Virus record (IMG/VR): IMGVR_UViG_3300027917_003468
Coordinates: 1 to 64,000 of that record
Strand: one strand, 5' to 3'
Source: a virus
Lineage: Duplodnaviria > Heunggongvirae > Uroviricota > Caudoviricetes
DNA length: 64,000 bases
Position numbers and translations under genes: made by a program. This document shows, one piece after another, positions 46,773 to 57,016 of the stretch; position 1 is the first letter of the stretch, and each line of letters opens with the position of its first letter. The notes beneath the pieces were generated by a model, which saw only the letters and a program-made list of their open reading frames with translations, did no database searches and had not been told where the DNA came from.

Positions 46773-47573
46773 CTAACTCCTAAATTTCTGATCCTGCTTC
46801 TCCATTATAGGTTTATAAAAATCTTGTACTTTTTTATGCCCTACATGGAGTACTATCTCGTCTCCAATACCAGCATGTTTTTTGCAGACACACCATTGAG
46901 GAGGAAGTACATACGGATTGAAGTTATGACCTGATTCATATGTAGCTCGCCACAGTGCGATTGTTCCTCGTCCTGTTTGTTTCCTGTGTTTCATGTAGCA
47001 TTCTAAAAATTGAAGTGCTTTTGAATTGGTAGGATCTGTAGCCATGAAACCATTATTTACTGCTAATCCATAGCCCCCAGTTCCATCCAGTATCTTATCA
47101 CTATCTGCCCCAACTAAAGTATCTGTTTTAACCAAAAATCTTGGGTTGAGAGGAAAGCACACTCCAAATCGTTCAACTAAAGGTATGATCATTTTAACAG
47201 CATCAGAAATAACATATAGATCGGCATCCGCAGCAATTGCAATTTTATGTTCTGAATTTGCTAGTCCATATGCTCTAAAATATGAACTCGCTCTCCAACC
47301 ATATCGAGGATGAGATGGATCAAATGGAACAACTGGTCGAACAATCTCAATATTTGACTTATTAAGAGAATACCAGGGCTTCGATAATGAGATGTCTTCA
47401 AATAAAAGATCGGTATAAATAGTTAATCTCATATCGGGAAAATAACGCAGCATTGTTTTTAGTGTTGGGTTGAACCTATCATGTTTGGATAGATTTGCAT
47501 CCCCACTATTACGACGCCGCCTACCAAATTCCGACATTATTAAGTTAATCACTTTTCGATCCACCATACACAA
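46773..47573 (-). CDS. hypothetical (DxD-containing, possible glycosyltransferase)
   Basis: AADADLYV motif only. Confidence 0.35.
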   Translation of the reverse strand: MCMVDRKVINLIMSEFGRRRRNSGDANLSKHDRFNPTLKTMLRYFPDMRLTIYTDLLFEDISLSKPWYSLNKSNIEIVRPVVPFDPSHPRYGWRASSYFRAYGLANSEHKIAIAADADLYVISDAVKMIIPLVERFGVCFPLNPRFLVKTDTLVGADSDKILDGTGGYGLAVNNGFMATDPTNSKALQFLECYMKHRKQTGRGTIALWRATYESGHNFNPYVLPPQWCVCKKHAGIGDEIVLHVGHKKVQDFYKPIMEKQDQKFRS

Positions 47574-48118
47574 TTGTCTTCGATGTTAATTGTGTGCGTA
47601 CTTTCAAAAGCTTCATGTACAGCTTTTGCTACGCCCCAGTTACGTTCTGCTTCACGATTTTTGTAGTCGTGCCCTGCTAAGATTCCTCCTTTTCTAATCT
47701 TGGGCAACCATAAACTAATATCAAGTCTAACTGATTCATAGTGGTGGTCGGCGTCAATGAAAGCCCAATCGAATATTTCATCCTTAAATAGCTTACTAGC
47801 TTCTTCACTGGAAAGGCATAAGTATGAAATCTTTGGAGGTGCGTCTTTATATCTCTCACTAAGTCCAGTAATAAATTGTTGATAGGATTCAATATTCCCG
47901 CCTCCCTTTTGTTCTTTTGTTCTACCATAAGGATCAATACCAATAATAGTTTTCAGGTTGGGTAGATTCTTGTATAGACCGAAGAGATTAAGCGCTCGAT
48001 TCACACCAACCTCCACTCCGTATTCATGGTTACGATCCTTGAGTAAATTTTCCAATACTTCCCAACGTATCAATGGAGACATTGTGTAACTCCTTTTATT
48101 TTTCAATCCACCACACAA
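47549..48118 (-). CDS. TylF/MycF-type (Methyltransf_24-like) class I O-methyltransferase
   Basis: VEVGVNRA; FIDADHHYESVRLDISLWLP; tandem paralog of the next gene. Confidence 0.6.
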   Translation of the reverse strand: MCGGLKNKRSYTMSPLIRWEVLENLLKDRNHEYGVEVGVNRALNLFGLYKNLPNLKTIIGIDPYGRTKEQKGGGNIESYQQFITGLSERYKDAPPKISYLCLSSEEASKLFKDEIFDWAFIDADHHYESVRLDISLWLPKIRKGGILAGHDYKNREAERNWGVAKAVHEAFESTHTINIEDNCVWWIEK

Positions 48119-48605
48119 AATCGTCTTCTAGTTGAATATTATAATTACTATCTAATACTTCATGAACCGCCTGTCTAACTCTCCAACCACGTTCCTTCTC
48201 ATGCCTGTTATAATCATGCCCAATAAGAAGCCCTCTAGTTTTGACTTTAGGAAGCCACGCTAAAATATCTGCTTTAACAGCTTTATAAGTGTGATCACCA
48301 TCTATAAAAATGAAATCGAATATTTCATTTGCAAAGAGAGTAGCAGCTCTAATACTAGATAACTTAATAATGGACAATCTTATTTGGGGATGTTTGATAA
48401 GTTCTCTGAGTACTGTCTGATAACTTTTTTGGTTTCCTGGTTCTCCAGTAGGTGCTTTGTACGGATCAACACCAATAATCCTTTCTAGTTTTGGTAATCG
48501 TTGGGCTATATATATTATATTCCTCCCTTGATTAACTCCAATTTCCACTCCTAATTTATGACATCTAGATGTTAATAACTCCGTAAGAACTTCCCATCGT
48601 TTCAT
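48096..48605 (-). CDS. TylF/MycF-type O-methyltransferase (tandem paralog)
   Basis: VEIGVNQG; FIDGDHTYKAVKADILAWLP. Confidence 0.6.
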   Translation of the reverse strand: MKRWEVLTELLTSRCHKLGVEIGVNQGRNIIYIAQRLPKLERIIGVDPYKAPTGEPGNQKSYQTVLRELIKHPQIRLSIIKLSSIRAATLFANEIFDFIFIDGDHTYKAVKADILAWLPKVKTRGLLIGHDYNRHEKERGWRVRQAVHEVLDSNYNIQLEDDFVWWIEK

Positions 48606-48608
48606 TAG

Positions 48609-49436
48609 TTAACTCCTAGGATCAAACTTGAAAATTTTGGAGGAGAGTGCTGCTAGTTCACTATAGTTATTGAGTAGTTTCCAATCGCTATTGTCCAGAG
48701 TTTTCCAGCGAGATAATGTTTGCATTTTTTTAGCATTGTTTTGAAATTTGAATCTGTCAAAAGAAGATCCCATACTACTGACACGATTGATACCTTTGTC
48801 AGAGAATGGTTCTTCGATATATTTTGAAATCAGCTGGCGATATTCTTGATCCTTGCAAAATTGGTTGTAACTAACTGCAAACCAATCTTCTGTTGGATCC
48901 AAGAAAAATGTCTTTGCATATTGAATCCACAGCTCTATTCTTCTACGAGCTCTACCTTCTTCTAGTTCTTGCTGATCAACTTTTACTATACCTGTTTTCC
49001 AGCTCGCAAACCAATTGAATGGATCTCGTAAAATAACCAAAGCGTATTTTTTAGTTTTTCTTCTCCCTGTATCACCTTTCAATTTAGTTGGATCTCTACA
49101 AATATCTGTTTGACTGCGATATGTGTAGCGTTCTTGCTCTTTGCAGCTTCCGTTTTCGTAGCTAATAATTTGCGTACTGCCGTGTTTTGGTGTGGGAAAG
49201 GGAATACGCAATTTTGGTTCGGGCAATTTGTATCGTGGGCCATCTATATTGTAGCGTTGATCACTCAAGTAATTATTTAGGAATATATGGTGCCGTCTTA
49301 ATGTAGTATCAAGAGTTCGAGAGTCTAATCGCAAGAAGTTCTTTGGAAACGTGTGGTAGTAATGGCCAAATAAAAATTCAGTTAGTGCATGATTACCACA
49401 TCTAGAAATTCCCCATACAAAAATCTCTTTTAACAT
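48609..49436 (-). CDS. hypothetical; weak resemblance to sulfotransferase 5'-PSB P-loop (GISRCGNHAL)
   Basis: Motif-level only. Confidence 0.3.
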   Translation of the reverse strand: MLKEIFVWGISRCGNHALTEFLFGHYYHTFPKNFLRLDSRTLDTTLRRHHIFLNNYLSDQRYNIDGPRYKLPEPKLRIPFPTPKHGSTQIISYENGSCKEQERYTYRSQTDICRDPTKLKGDTGRRKTKKYALVILRDPFNWFASWKTGIVKVDQQELEEGRARRRIELWIQYAKTFFLDPTEDWFAVSYNQFCKDQEYRQLISKYIEEPFSDKGINRVSSMGSSFDRFKFQNNAKKMQTLSRWKTLDNSDWKLLNNYSELAALSSKIFKFDPRS

Positions 49437-49437
49437 T

Positions 49438-50199
49438 TTAGGCTTCCAATTTCAATCTTTTAAGTTCTTTTTGGAATATCTCTAAATTTTTCCACTTGCT
49501 TTCTTTATGCCCGTGCCAAACTTCTGACTCTTTATTAAGAAAGCCGTCATTCAGTGATAGCGGTAAAGCTTTGAATTTCATTTTCCTCTTTTCAAGGCAC
49601 TGTTTAAGAAGAAGTTGATCTCCTGATACGGATCTACCCTTAGAACGGGGGCGCATAAAATTAGTAATTTGAGATTCCATCAGCTGTTGCCACTCCTGTA
49701 CAAAAGCTAATACATTGTCATTGTGCCCAAATCCTACTAGTCCTGTTGCATAATGTTTATCTTTAGGCATATAAGGTCGGTAGAGGCACGTAATCTCAGC
49801 TTTGTTTTCTATCATGTTTTGAATACGAGTAATTTTCTTTCGTATCAGGACATCAACATCGAAGTAAATGAGAGGTTTTTGCTGTTCTTGGAGCGTCTTT
49901 AAAATATGTGCTCCCTTTGTGGCCATGAGCCAACCTTTATAGTGCTGTTGTGAGTAAGCACTGAAATCTTCTTTTCTTTCTGTAAATATAATTGAAGGAT
50001 TAAGCTGTAATAACTGCTGTTTAAAATCTTCTGGGAAATTTACAGCATAAAAATGAACTGCTTCGTTAGGATGCTGCATATGAAGACTCTCGGCCATAAT
50101 TAGAGTAAACTGTTTGTAGAGAGGAGTATCGTCTTTCTTGGGACCTTTGTATGCCCAGTTGTGAGGACTATTAATTCCTAGGAATGCAATAAAAGACAT
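49438..50199 (-). CDS. hypothetical (DVD motif, possible nucleotide-sugar transferase)
   Basis: YFDVDVL. Confidence 0.35.
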   Translation of the reverse strand: MSFIAFLGINSPHNWAYKGPKKDDTPLYKQFTLIMAESLHMQHPNEAVHFYAVNFPEDFKQQLLQLNPSIIFTERKEDFSAYSQQHYKGWLMATKGAHILKTLQEQQKPLIYFDVDVLIRKKITRIQNMIENKAEITCLYRPYMPKDKHYATGLVGFGHNDNVLAFVQEWQQLMESQITNFMRPRSKGRSVSGDQLLLKQCLEKRKMKFKALPLSLNDGFLNKESEVWHGHKESKWKNLEIFQKELKRLKLEA

Positions 50200-50214
50200 T
50201 ACTCGCTCGCTCCC

Positions 50215-51096
50215 TTACAGGTCTAAAGTCTCTTTGAACATTTTACGATAGTTTTCAGCTTGTATTTCCCATGACCACGCAGTTTCTGCTGTTTTTCTAG
50301 CTTCCCAACCCATACGCTTAACTGCCTGTTTATTATACCTGAAATACTTGAGTTTTTCAACGTACTCTGGAATTGCCAGCGATATTTGAAATCCGTTAAC
50401 ACCGTCTATAATAAATTCAGGCATATTACCAATAGAATTAGAAATAAGAGGTCTGCCGGTTGCAGCAGCTTCTAGTGCAGGATTCGGAGTACCATCAATG
50501 GTACTTGCTACTAAATATAGATCAATAGTTCGGTAAAATTCTGGGATTGTAATAATAGGATCAGCGTCTTTCCATGATTTGGTGAATGTCCTTAACTCTA
50601 CACCAGGAACCTTTCGGATAGCAGGAATTATGAATCTCCTTAATCCTTTTTCTGGCATTGGCTTTCCCAGGTAACCAACAACTATATTCGGGTTTCGTGT
50701 GGGCTCCTGATATTTAAATAAAGTACAATCAACACCATTTGGAGTGTAGTAAATCCTCTCATGCCGCCCATCCAATGCTCTAGTCAGTATACGACTATTA
50801 ACATGTAAACCTGCACAAACATCATTAAAATTCTTCTGTCCGATATGTTTCCTAAGAGCAAGATGTCCTGTGATCCCAGTCAGTTTACGATTTCTATCTA
50901 TATTCTGGATATATCTCAGATGGACAGGAGTGTAGGTGAGGTAGATATCATATTCATCTTTAATTCTGCTATTCAACTCCAGGTATTGAATTTGTACATC
51001 AAATTCATCGGAAAGATATTTTTGTAGGTAGCGGCTCTTTATTCCCCATGCCCATTGTGGAACATCTGGCATAAGTAAAATCTTTGGTTTCTTCAT
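50215..51096 (-). CDS. GT-B family-1-like glycosyltransferase (start at internal Met MKKPKIL)
   Basis: EAAATGRPLISNSIGNMPEFIIDGVNGF motif; start trimmed to remove a 152-nt overlap. Confidence 0.6.
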   Translation of the reverse strand: MKKPKILLMPDVPQWAWGIKSRYLQKYLSDEFDVQIQYLELNSRIKDEYDIYLTYTPVHLRYIQNIDRNRKLTGITGHLALRKHIGQKNFNDVCAGLHVNSRILTRALDGRHERIYYTPNGVDCTLFKYQEPTRNPNIVVGYLGKPMPEKGLRRFIIPAIRKVPGVELRTFTKSWKDADPIITIPEFYRTIDLYLVASTIDGTPNPALEAAATGRPLISNSIGNMPEFIIDGVNGFQISLAIPEYVEKLKYFRYNKQAVKRMGWEARKTAETAWSWEIQAENYRKMFKETLDL

Positions 51097-51100
51097 ACTA

Positions 51101-51847
51101 TTACCTAGCAATATACTCAAGCAGTTTTCTATTAGGATCTTTTTTACTTTTATCTCTACCTTCCTTGCCTTTGAAATGAATAATGTAAGGATGATGTATG
51201 AGCCACTCTGGTTTGTAGCAATTATACTTTTCGCAGGGAAGCTTTTGTACATTCATGGAAAGAAATTCAGGTTCTTCCATCAAATGCAAGAAGATGTTTT
51301 GTTCGTATTGACCTGTGTTATCAGGGACGTGCTTCTTAATCTTTGCCCACTTATTCCAAAGAGTTTCAGTCTGATTGGACAGACGCCAGAATACAACTCC
51401 TAAATTAGGATAGGCATCTTTGTGCTTGCGGAATTTTAGAATATAGCTTGAATCTTTACGTACTGTTAAAACAATCTCTGCATTAGGATCGATGTCTGGA
51501 AATTGTCCGTCTGCGATAGCCGTATCAGCATCTAGTTGTAGAATAGCTCCCTTTCGATCTATTCTTTTAATTGTTCTTAGAAATTCTACTCGATTATTTA
51601 TGATCATCTTATACTGAGGAGATTGTGTTCTGAAGGTTCCTTTATTCTTGTGAGGGAGGTCAATAACACTTACTTTATACTTATGTACTAAGAGCTCAAT
51701 TTCGCTCTCTGATAGTCCCACATCCCCTATAAATATCTGCTTTCGGTCTACATCAAATTTCCACAGGGACTCTAACAGTATCTTCAAGAATCTGATTACG
51801 TTATGACTGGCGATGATTCCTATTGAGTAGTCATGGATCGTTTTCAT
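51101..51847 (-). CDS. hypothetical (DAD motif; possible glycosyltransferase)
   Basis: LQLDADTAI. Confidence 0.4.
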   Translation of the reverse strand: MKTIHDYSIGIIASHNVIRFLKILLESLWKFDVDRKQIFIGDVGLSESEIELLVHKYKVSVIDLPHKNKGTFRTQSPQYKMIINNRVEFLRTIKRIDRKGAILQLDADTAIADGQFPDIDPNAEIVLTVRKDSSYILKFRKHKDAYPNLGVVFWRLSNQTETLWNKWAKIKKHVPDNTGQYEQNIFLHLMEEPEFLSMNVQKLPCEKYNCYKPEWLIHHPYIIHFKGKEGRDKSKKDPNRKLLEYIAR

Positions 51848-52854
51848 ATATACTTCTTCATACTTGCAATAAATTCTTTAGCCCTGATTTCTGTGGTGTG
51901 TCGTTCTAAAATGAGAGAATAGCCATTTCGGGTTATTTGTTCTAATTGGGAAGAAGCTAGCCATTTTTTAATCAAGATTTTAGAGTTATCCGTGTGCTTT
52001 ATCTCAATCATATTCTTACCAGGTACAAAACCAAGTTCTCCTAATTCAGGAATAAAGTCTGAGCATAAAGCAGTAGCACATGCAGGGATTTCAAAAAGTT
52101 TCATAACAGGATAGCCAAACCGAGAAGTACAACCAACCGCAATTTTGCATTCATTCAGTAGTCTTGCATAATCAATGCCTGATGGCCATGCTCTACCTTT
52201 TCCTGGCATTCTCTCGGAAGGCCGCTCGATTCGTTTATAAAAAGAGGCATTCTTCAATTCTTTGTCAATCTTGGCTCGAATGGGATAAACTTTGGAGTTA
52301 TTTATACCGGTAGAAAGGCACCCAATAGGTTTTTGGCGTCCATAGTCTCTAAATACCTCCCACGGAATTGAATGTGGTAACCAAATAATTGAATGGTTAT
52401 TTAAATAGGGGTGGAACTTCTTTGTGGCATTTTTATATCGCATGCAGAATATATTAAATTTGAAGTTGTTGTGGGCTTGTTCTACATATCGTCGTACCAT
52501 TGGCCCATGTTGATCTTCTATGAGTATTGCTTTGGGTATTTTAATATCTTTCCACCTTTCAGACATGAACCCAAAAATAGCATCTGTAAAAACTAAATCG
52601 TAATCATTAACCGTATCTAAATTTATCATAGAGGGTAATTTACGTCCCTGCATGACAACTTGCCTACAAAATGTACCTGCTACCGTATCGGGTTTTCGAA
52701 TAACAAAATCTACATGAACTAATTGTCTTACTGCTTGTTGTAATCCGGCAAATATATGAGAAGCAACTCGATTCGTTCTATCTATTGTCAGCCATAATAT
52801 CTTCATATCTATTTCCCAATCCTTACATTCCATTTTTTGTAGAAACGATCCCAA
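51844..52854 (-). CDS. CgeB-like/DUF3880-like glycosyltransferase-family protein (paralog of 20699..21826)
   Basis: LFEIPACATALCSDFIPELGELGFVPGKNMIEI. Confidence 0.5.
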   Translation of the reverse strand: MGSFLQKMECKDWEIDMKILWLTIDRTNRVASHIFAGLQQAVRQLVHVDFVIRKPDTVAGTFCRQVVMQGRKLPSMINLDTVNDYDLVFTDAIFGFMSERWKDIKIPKAILIEDQHGPMVRRYVEQAHNNFKFNIFCMRYKNATKKFHPYLNNHSIIWLPHSIPWEVFRDYGRQKPIGCLSTGINNSKVYPIRAKIDKELKNASFYKRIERPSERMPGKGRAWPSGIDYARLLNECKIAVGCTSRFGYPVMKLFEIPACATALCSDFIPELGELGFVPGKNMIEIKHTDNSKILIKKWLASSQLEQITRNGYSLILERHTTEIRAKEFIASMKKYI

Positions 52855-53621
52855 CTTCTTTTTGCGTGTTCTGCGTTGTGCCTAATCTTTTTGTACTTCG
52901 GATTCTTCTCATTTGGGTTATAAGCAGCGTAACCTCCTATGTTGAGGTATCCAATCTTCCAGTTAGCTTTTTTCATTTGCATACAGAAATCCATATCTCC
53001 CCATCCAATGTAGTAGTTTTTATCGAGATCACATTTATCGAATACTTCTTTTCGTATCATCATTGTAGCAGAACCTACCCCATCTAACTGTCCGAACGGT
53101 TTTGGAGCGGGTCTATTTAGAAGACGATCACCTTCTAATCTAGCTGTCATTGATGGAGGTCGACAAGATAAGGCAACAGCACCAAATTGGGACTTTCTTT
53201 CAAGTATAGAGGCTAAAACCTCTACTGCATAAGGTGGAAGAATAATGTCATCATCCAAAGTCATGATATAAGGAGTGCCAAAATGCTGACGGGCTCTAGT
53301 AACAACATCATTTCTTGGAACTCCAGAACCATGATTTCTATGTGTGAATTGTAGATCATATGCCCTGTAATATTTAGTAAGTGTTTGTACAAGCTTGATT
53401 TTGAAAGCTAGTGGCATAACTTCCGCAGCTTGTACACGTAGGCAAAGATACAATGGGGTCTTTATTGCTTTGTGAGTATTCTCCAATTGTTTGAATAATA
53501 GTTCGTAACGATAAAGTGATAGTGTGGCCATTGTAACAAGTGGTTCTTTTGCTTCTGCTATTTTCATTATAGTATTGGGATTTAGCCCTTCCCACTTCTT
53601 AGCCAATTCTTTAATTTCCAC
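52809..53621 (-). CDS. family-2-like glycosyltransferase
   Basis: MTLDDDIILP DxD motif; PRNDVVTRAR. Confidence 0.55.
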   Translation of the reverse strand: MEIKELAKKWEGLNPNTIMKIAEAKEPLVTMATLSLYRYELLFKQLENTHKAIKTPLYLCLRVQAAEVMPLAFKIKLVQTLTKYYRAYDLQFTHRNHGSGVPRNDVVTRARQHFGTPYIMTLDDDIILPPYAVEVLASILERKSQFGAVALSCRPPSMTARLEGDRLLNRPAPKPFGQLDGVGSATMMIRKEVFDKCDLDKNYYIGWGDMDFCMQMKKANWKIGYLNIGGYAAYNPNEKNPKYKKIRHNAEHAKRSWDRFYKKWNVRIGK

Positions 53622-54238
53622 TAAATATCCTTCCGATCCATTGCTTTACCGAATGATTTTTGCTGAGTTCTTACTAGAATCTTTCTTACCCAATGAATTT
53701 TATCTTTAGGTAATTCCTGGTACATGGCCAGGAGAAAATCGTAGTCTCCTGCGATTCCACTTTTACAGAGATGGATATGCTTGTTATAGAGCTCTTTCTT
53801 GGAACAGTAATTGAAGGATCCAATCAGGCCCCGAGCTGGGACGGTACCAAATCTATAATCGATAGGGGGCAAAGAGTATTCGATCTCAGAAAAGTACCCT
53901 CTCCATAAGATAAGACTAGGAGCATACTGCTGATCGAGGAATTTAAGAAGGGCAATGAAACCATGATTTGTAATTTCGTCGTCATCATCCAGAACCATAA
54001 TAAATTTTCCATGGCTTAAATCTTTCTTTTCATTTAATAACTGATCTGCCCATGCCAATCCCTTTCCTATTTTATCCTCTAATATTATATGCTCGTAATC
54101 CGCATCTGTTTGCATTTCCACAGAGGCAATGCAGCGGTGGAGGCAATTAGGCTTTTTATAGGCTCTTGTGATAATCGTTAAGAAGGGCTGCTTATCCAGG
54201 GGAGCAGCTTTTCCTCTATGACATTTGATATCAAGCAT
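53621..54238 (-). CDS. GT-A-like glycosyltransferase-family protein (paralog of 25211..25837)
   Basis: Aligned by eye to the 25211 protein; start placed at the Met just before LDKQPF. Confidence 0.5.
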   Translation of the reverse strand: MLDIKCHRGKAAPLDKQPFLTIITRAYKKPNCLHRCIASVEMQTDADYEHIILEDKIGKGLAWADQLLNEKKDLSHGKFIMVLDDDDEITNHGFIALLKFLDQQYAPSLILWRGYFSEIEYSLPPIDYRFGTVPARGLIGSFNYCSKKELYNKHIHLCKSGIAGDYDFLLAMYQELPKDKIHWVRKILVRTQQKSFGKAMDRKDI

Positions 54239-54804
54239 TTTCGCCCTTCTAAATCTCTGATGTGGATGTAGTAGACAATATGAGGATGCGTAGCTTCTAT
54301 CAGATTCAAGAGTCCACATATTGTAAAATAGACTTTATATTTATTTATTGCACTAGGGGGTGACAGAGGATCTTCGGGGGTATCGAGTAGTGGTGATAAG
54401 CAAAAGATAATATCATAAGTCTTTTTTGCATGTTCCACTCCTTTTGTAATATATTTCCAAACTTCTCGGGTCTCTACATTATGTTCAGAGAAGGTAAGAA
54501 AATATGCTACATTATCAAGTGTTGTCCTGTCAGAAACAAATCCGTACTTCTTATGTTTCCTTTCCCAATATACTTTCTTGTTTATCAAGCTCGACTGAAA
54601 TTCAAAGTTATCTTTCCTTGCCAATTCCAAGTCACCTTTATATACTGTATTGATTAATCTTCTAGTTTGATTCAAATAAGTATATTTAAATCCGTATTTT
54701 TCTACTATGTAATTAGCGGAAACTGTTTTCCCCGAACCTTGTCCCCCACAGAATGCGACACACAGTTTTGGATCCTCCCTATAGACACCTGTTTTTTCCC
54801 GCAC
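54178..54804 (-). CDS. P-loop nucleoside/nucleotide kinase-like protein
   Basis: Walker A CGGQGSGKTV. Confidence 0.45.
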   Translation of the reverse strand: MREKTGVYREDPKLCVAFCGGQGSGKTVSANYIVEKYGFKYTYLNQTRRLINTVYKGDLELARKDNFEFQSSLINKKVYWERKHKKYGFVSDRTTLDNVAYFLTFSEHNVETREVWKYITKGVEHAKKTYDIIFCLSPLLDTPEDPLSPPSAINKYKVYFTICGLLNLIEATHPHIVYYIHIRDLEGRKCLISNVIEEKLLPWISSPS

Positions 54805-55141
54805 GGCCCAATGCCTCCTCTATTTTTGTTGTAAGCAGTGAAATCCTTTCCAGCTTGATTATTAGCATAGCAGAATAATTTATGACATCTATGAGCTCAG
54901 AAATAGCTTCTGTAGATAAAGAGCGATTATCCTCATCAGGATCATAGGTACCATGCTTCCTTACACCATCCCTGAATTTCTGCACTGCCAATCCATGTAT
55001 ACGATGGAACTCTCTCTCGATATCTTCTTCTAGTACTCTATCTAATTTCTCATTAATGATATTAGTAGTTCTTCGTATACTATAACCAAGAACAGATTTT
55101 AATGGAGTTTGTCTTAATAGGTGTTTTATGAAATTAAACAT
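54779..55141 (-). CDS. hypothetical protein
   Basis: ORF. Confidence 0.35.
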   Translation of the reverse strand: MFNFIKHLLRQTPLKSVLGYSIRRTTNIINEKLDRVLEEDIEREFHRIHGLAVQKFRDGVRKHGTYDPDEDNRSLSTEAISELIDVINYSAMLIIKLERISLLTTKIEEALGRAGKNRCL

Positions 55142-55149
55142 AATAAATC

Positions 55150-55938
55150 CTACAGTGGCACATTAAATCCACTTGCTTGTTTATGCCCACCGCCTCCATA
55201 TTTTACAGCTATTTCGGAAACATCGATATCTGAACGGGATCGGAGTGAGAATATACGTTTCTCTCCATGGTCATAGTATACAACACCGAATGTGCCGATC
55301 TCTGCTAGTTTCCCTGCAATCTCGCTTTGATAGAGTGGACAATTAACAGCTTTTACCTGATGACCATCTATAACTATATCCCTCTTATTGATAGCTACAA
55401 GCCGATCTACATTCATATCAATGTGCCTCATGATTGCGGTACCGTCACTTATTAATTGCCCGATAGACGCATTCCCGCCTTCGATGAGTGTATCCCAAAC
55501 TTTAAAATCAAATGGATAACTACCAAGTCCATAAGTTACTTCTCTGGAGTTAGGAAGATCAAATTTCCACAGGTCTCGATCTTCGATATATTGAATTAAT
55601 GGTGGAATTTCTAGTCCCGGCATAAAAAGTATCCATGCCATAACAGCACCTGCCCGATCCGAAAATTTACAGTATGGTAAATCTTCGAGAACTGTTTTGG
55701 CTGAAATGTGGTGATCAAGTACGGTTAGAGATTTGGCAATGGAATGTATCTTTTCTATTTCTTCACGTTCAAAACTGAAGTCGAGTATATAGACGTCGTT
55801 GTCTTTACAAATATCGAATTTAGGAGGCTCGCCATACTGCCAGGAGTAGTATTCTGCTTTGGATCCAAACTTTTTCCATGCACAATAGGCAGCACCAAAA
55901 CCATCAGCATCCCGGTGATAAATTATTATTGTACTCAT
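55150..55938 (-). CDS. DHH/DHHA1 phosphoesterase (NrnA-like nanoRNase / pAp phosphatase candidate)
   Basis: HRDADGFGAAY (DHH motif I); VLDHH; C-terminal GGGGH. Confidence 0.65.
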   Translation of the reverse strand: MSTIIIYHRDADGFGAAYCAWKKFGSKAEYYSWQYGEPPKFDICKDNDVYILDFSFEREEIEKIHSIAKSLTVLDHHISAKTVLEDLPYCKFSDRAGAVMAWILFMPGLEIPPLIQYIEDRDLWKFDLPNSREVTYGLGSYPFDFKVWDTLIEGGNASIGQLISDGTAIMRHIDMNVDRLVAINKRDIVIDGHQVKAVNCPLYQSEIAGKLAEIGTFGVVYYDHGEKRIFSLRSRSDIDVSEIAVKYGGGGHKQASGFNVPL

Positions 55939-56033
55939 ACTTCTATCCTCCTTCTAGAATGCGCCATACATGGATAAGAGATTAATAATACAATATGTGG
56001 CTGCAAAATATAGTAGGATACGTTCGAAATTGG

Positions 56034-56964
56034 TCACTTTTTCTTTCTCCCTCTTTTCTTCTTTACCTTTGTCTTGGTTCGTTTTTTCACTTTTGTTTTG
56101 GATCGCTTCTTCACTTTCGATTTGGATTTTCTAGTAATCTTTTTACTTTTCCGTTTCTGCTGTTTTATTTCATTGATGGGGGGATGGGATTCCCAGTCAG
56201 TAAGAAACTCTATATAGCCGCATGTACACCTCCACTTTTCTTTATCTCTCCCTTCCCCCCGTTGCGCTATTCCTTTGAATTTTAGATTCTTGCCGCATTT
56301 GCCGCAAAGCATTTTTTTCCTTTCTTAGCGTATGTCGATTTCTTCGTGTCCTTCCAGTAAACGCTGAATTGATTGTTTGGGGTATTTAATCTTCTTTCTT
56401 ATTTTCGGTCTGTGAGTTTTCTCAGATCGTTGGATGGTTGGTTTGGATTTCCTACGTAGATATTTGTTTGTTTCACGCATGCATTTTACCTCTGTTGTGA
56501 TAAAAAAGGACGTAGATAGTTTTGGAGTTGAGTAAAATAGTTGGTAAGGGTGGAGATCTGGTGAAGACAAATTTCGATATTTTCAGTATCCAGGTGTTTG
56601 CGTAGAGTGTTACATATCTCTATCTGTAGAGATACAGTTTTTAGTTCCCCAAGTATTTCCTGTTGGCGTTTTTGTAGCGAGGCGAGCCGATAGGTATTGA
56701 AGTTAATAGGGCGCTCCTCTTTAATAGGTGCCTGATTGTAAGCGGCTATAACATCTTTTCCCATCGATTCCTTGTCTCTCTAAGATCTACGATGGAACGA
56801 TCTACTTTCGAAGCTGGATTTCGACTTTTAATTTTTTCCAGTTTCTTTAGATACTTAGTAATTTTTCTAATTTTGTTCTTGCGCCGCCTATCTTCTATTA
56901 TGTAACGCTGATTTTTCCTACTATCTTTTTTTGACCGTTTCTGGCTTCTACCTTGACGTGCCAC
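56034..56964 (-). CDS. cluster of 3-4 very small, extremely basic Lys/Arg-rich ORFs (56034..56312, 56325..56570, 56486..56764, 56746..56964)
   Basis: ORF track; overlapping alternatives, so the exact gene set is unclear. Confidence 0.3.
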
Positions 56965-57016
56965 AGAGTCTCCTTCTTAGTATAAAGATGAATGAAAACT
57001 AAGAATTTTTCAACTT

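Noticed and set aside
56034-56964. Calling each of the four overlapping basic micro-ORFs as separate genes
   Set aside because: They overlap in alternative frames in Lys/Arg-codon-rich DNA. Without expression data only a cluster-level call is justified.
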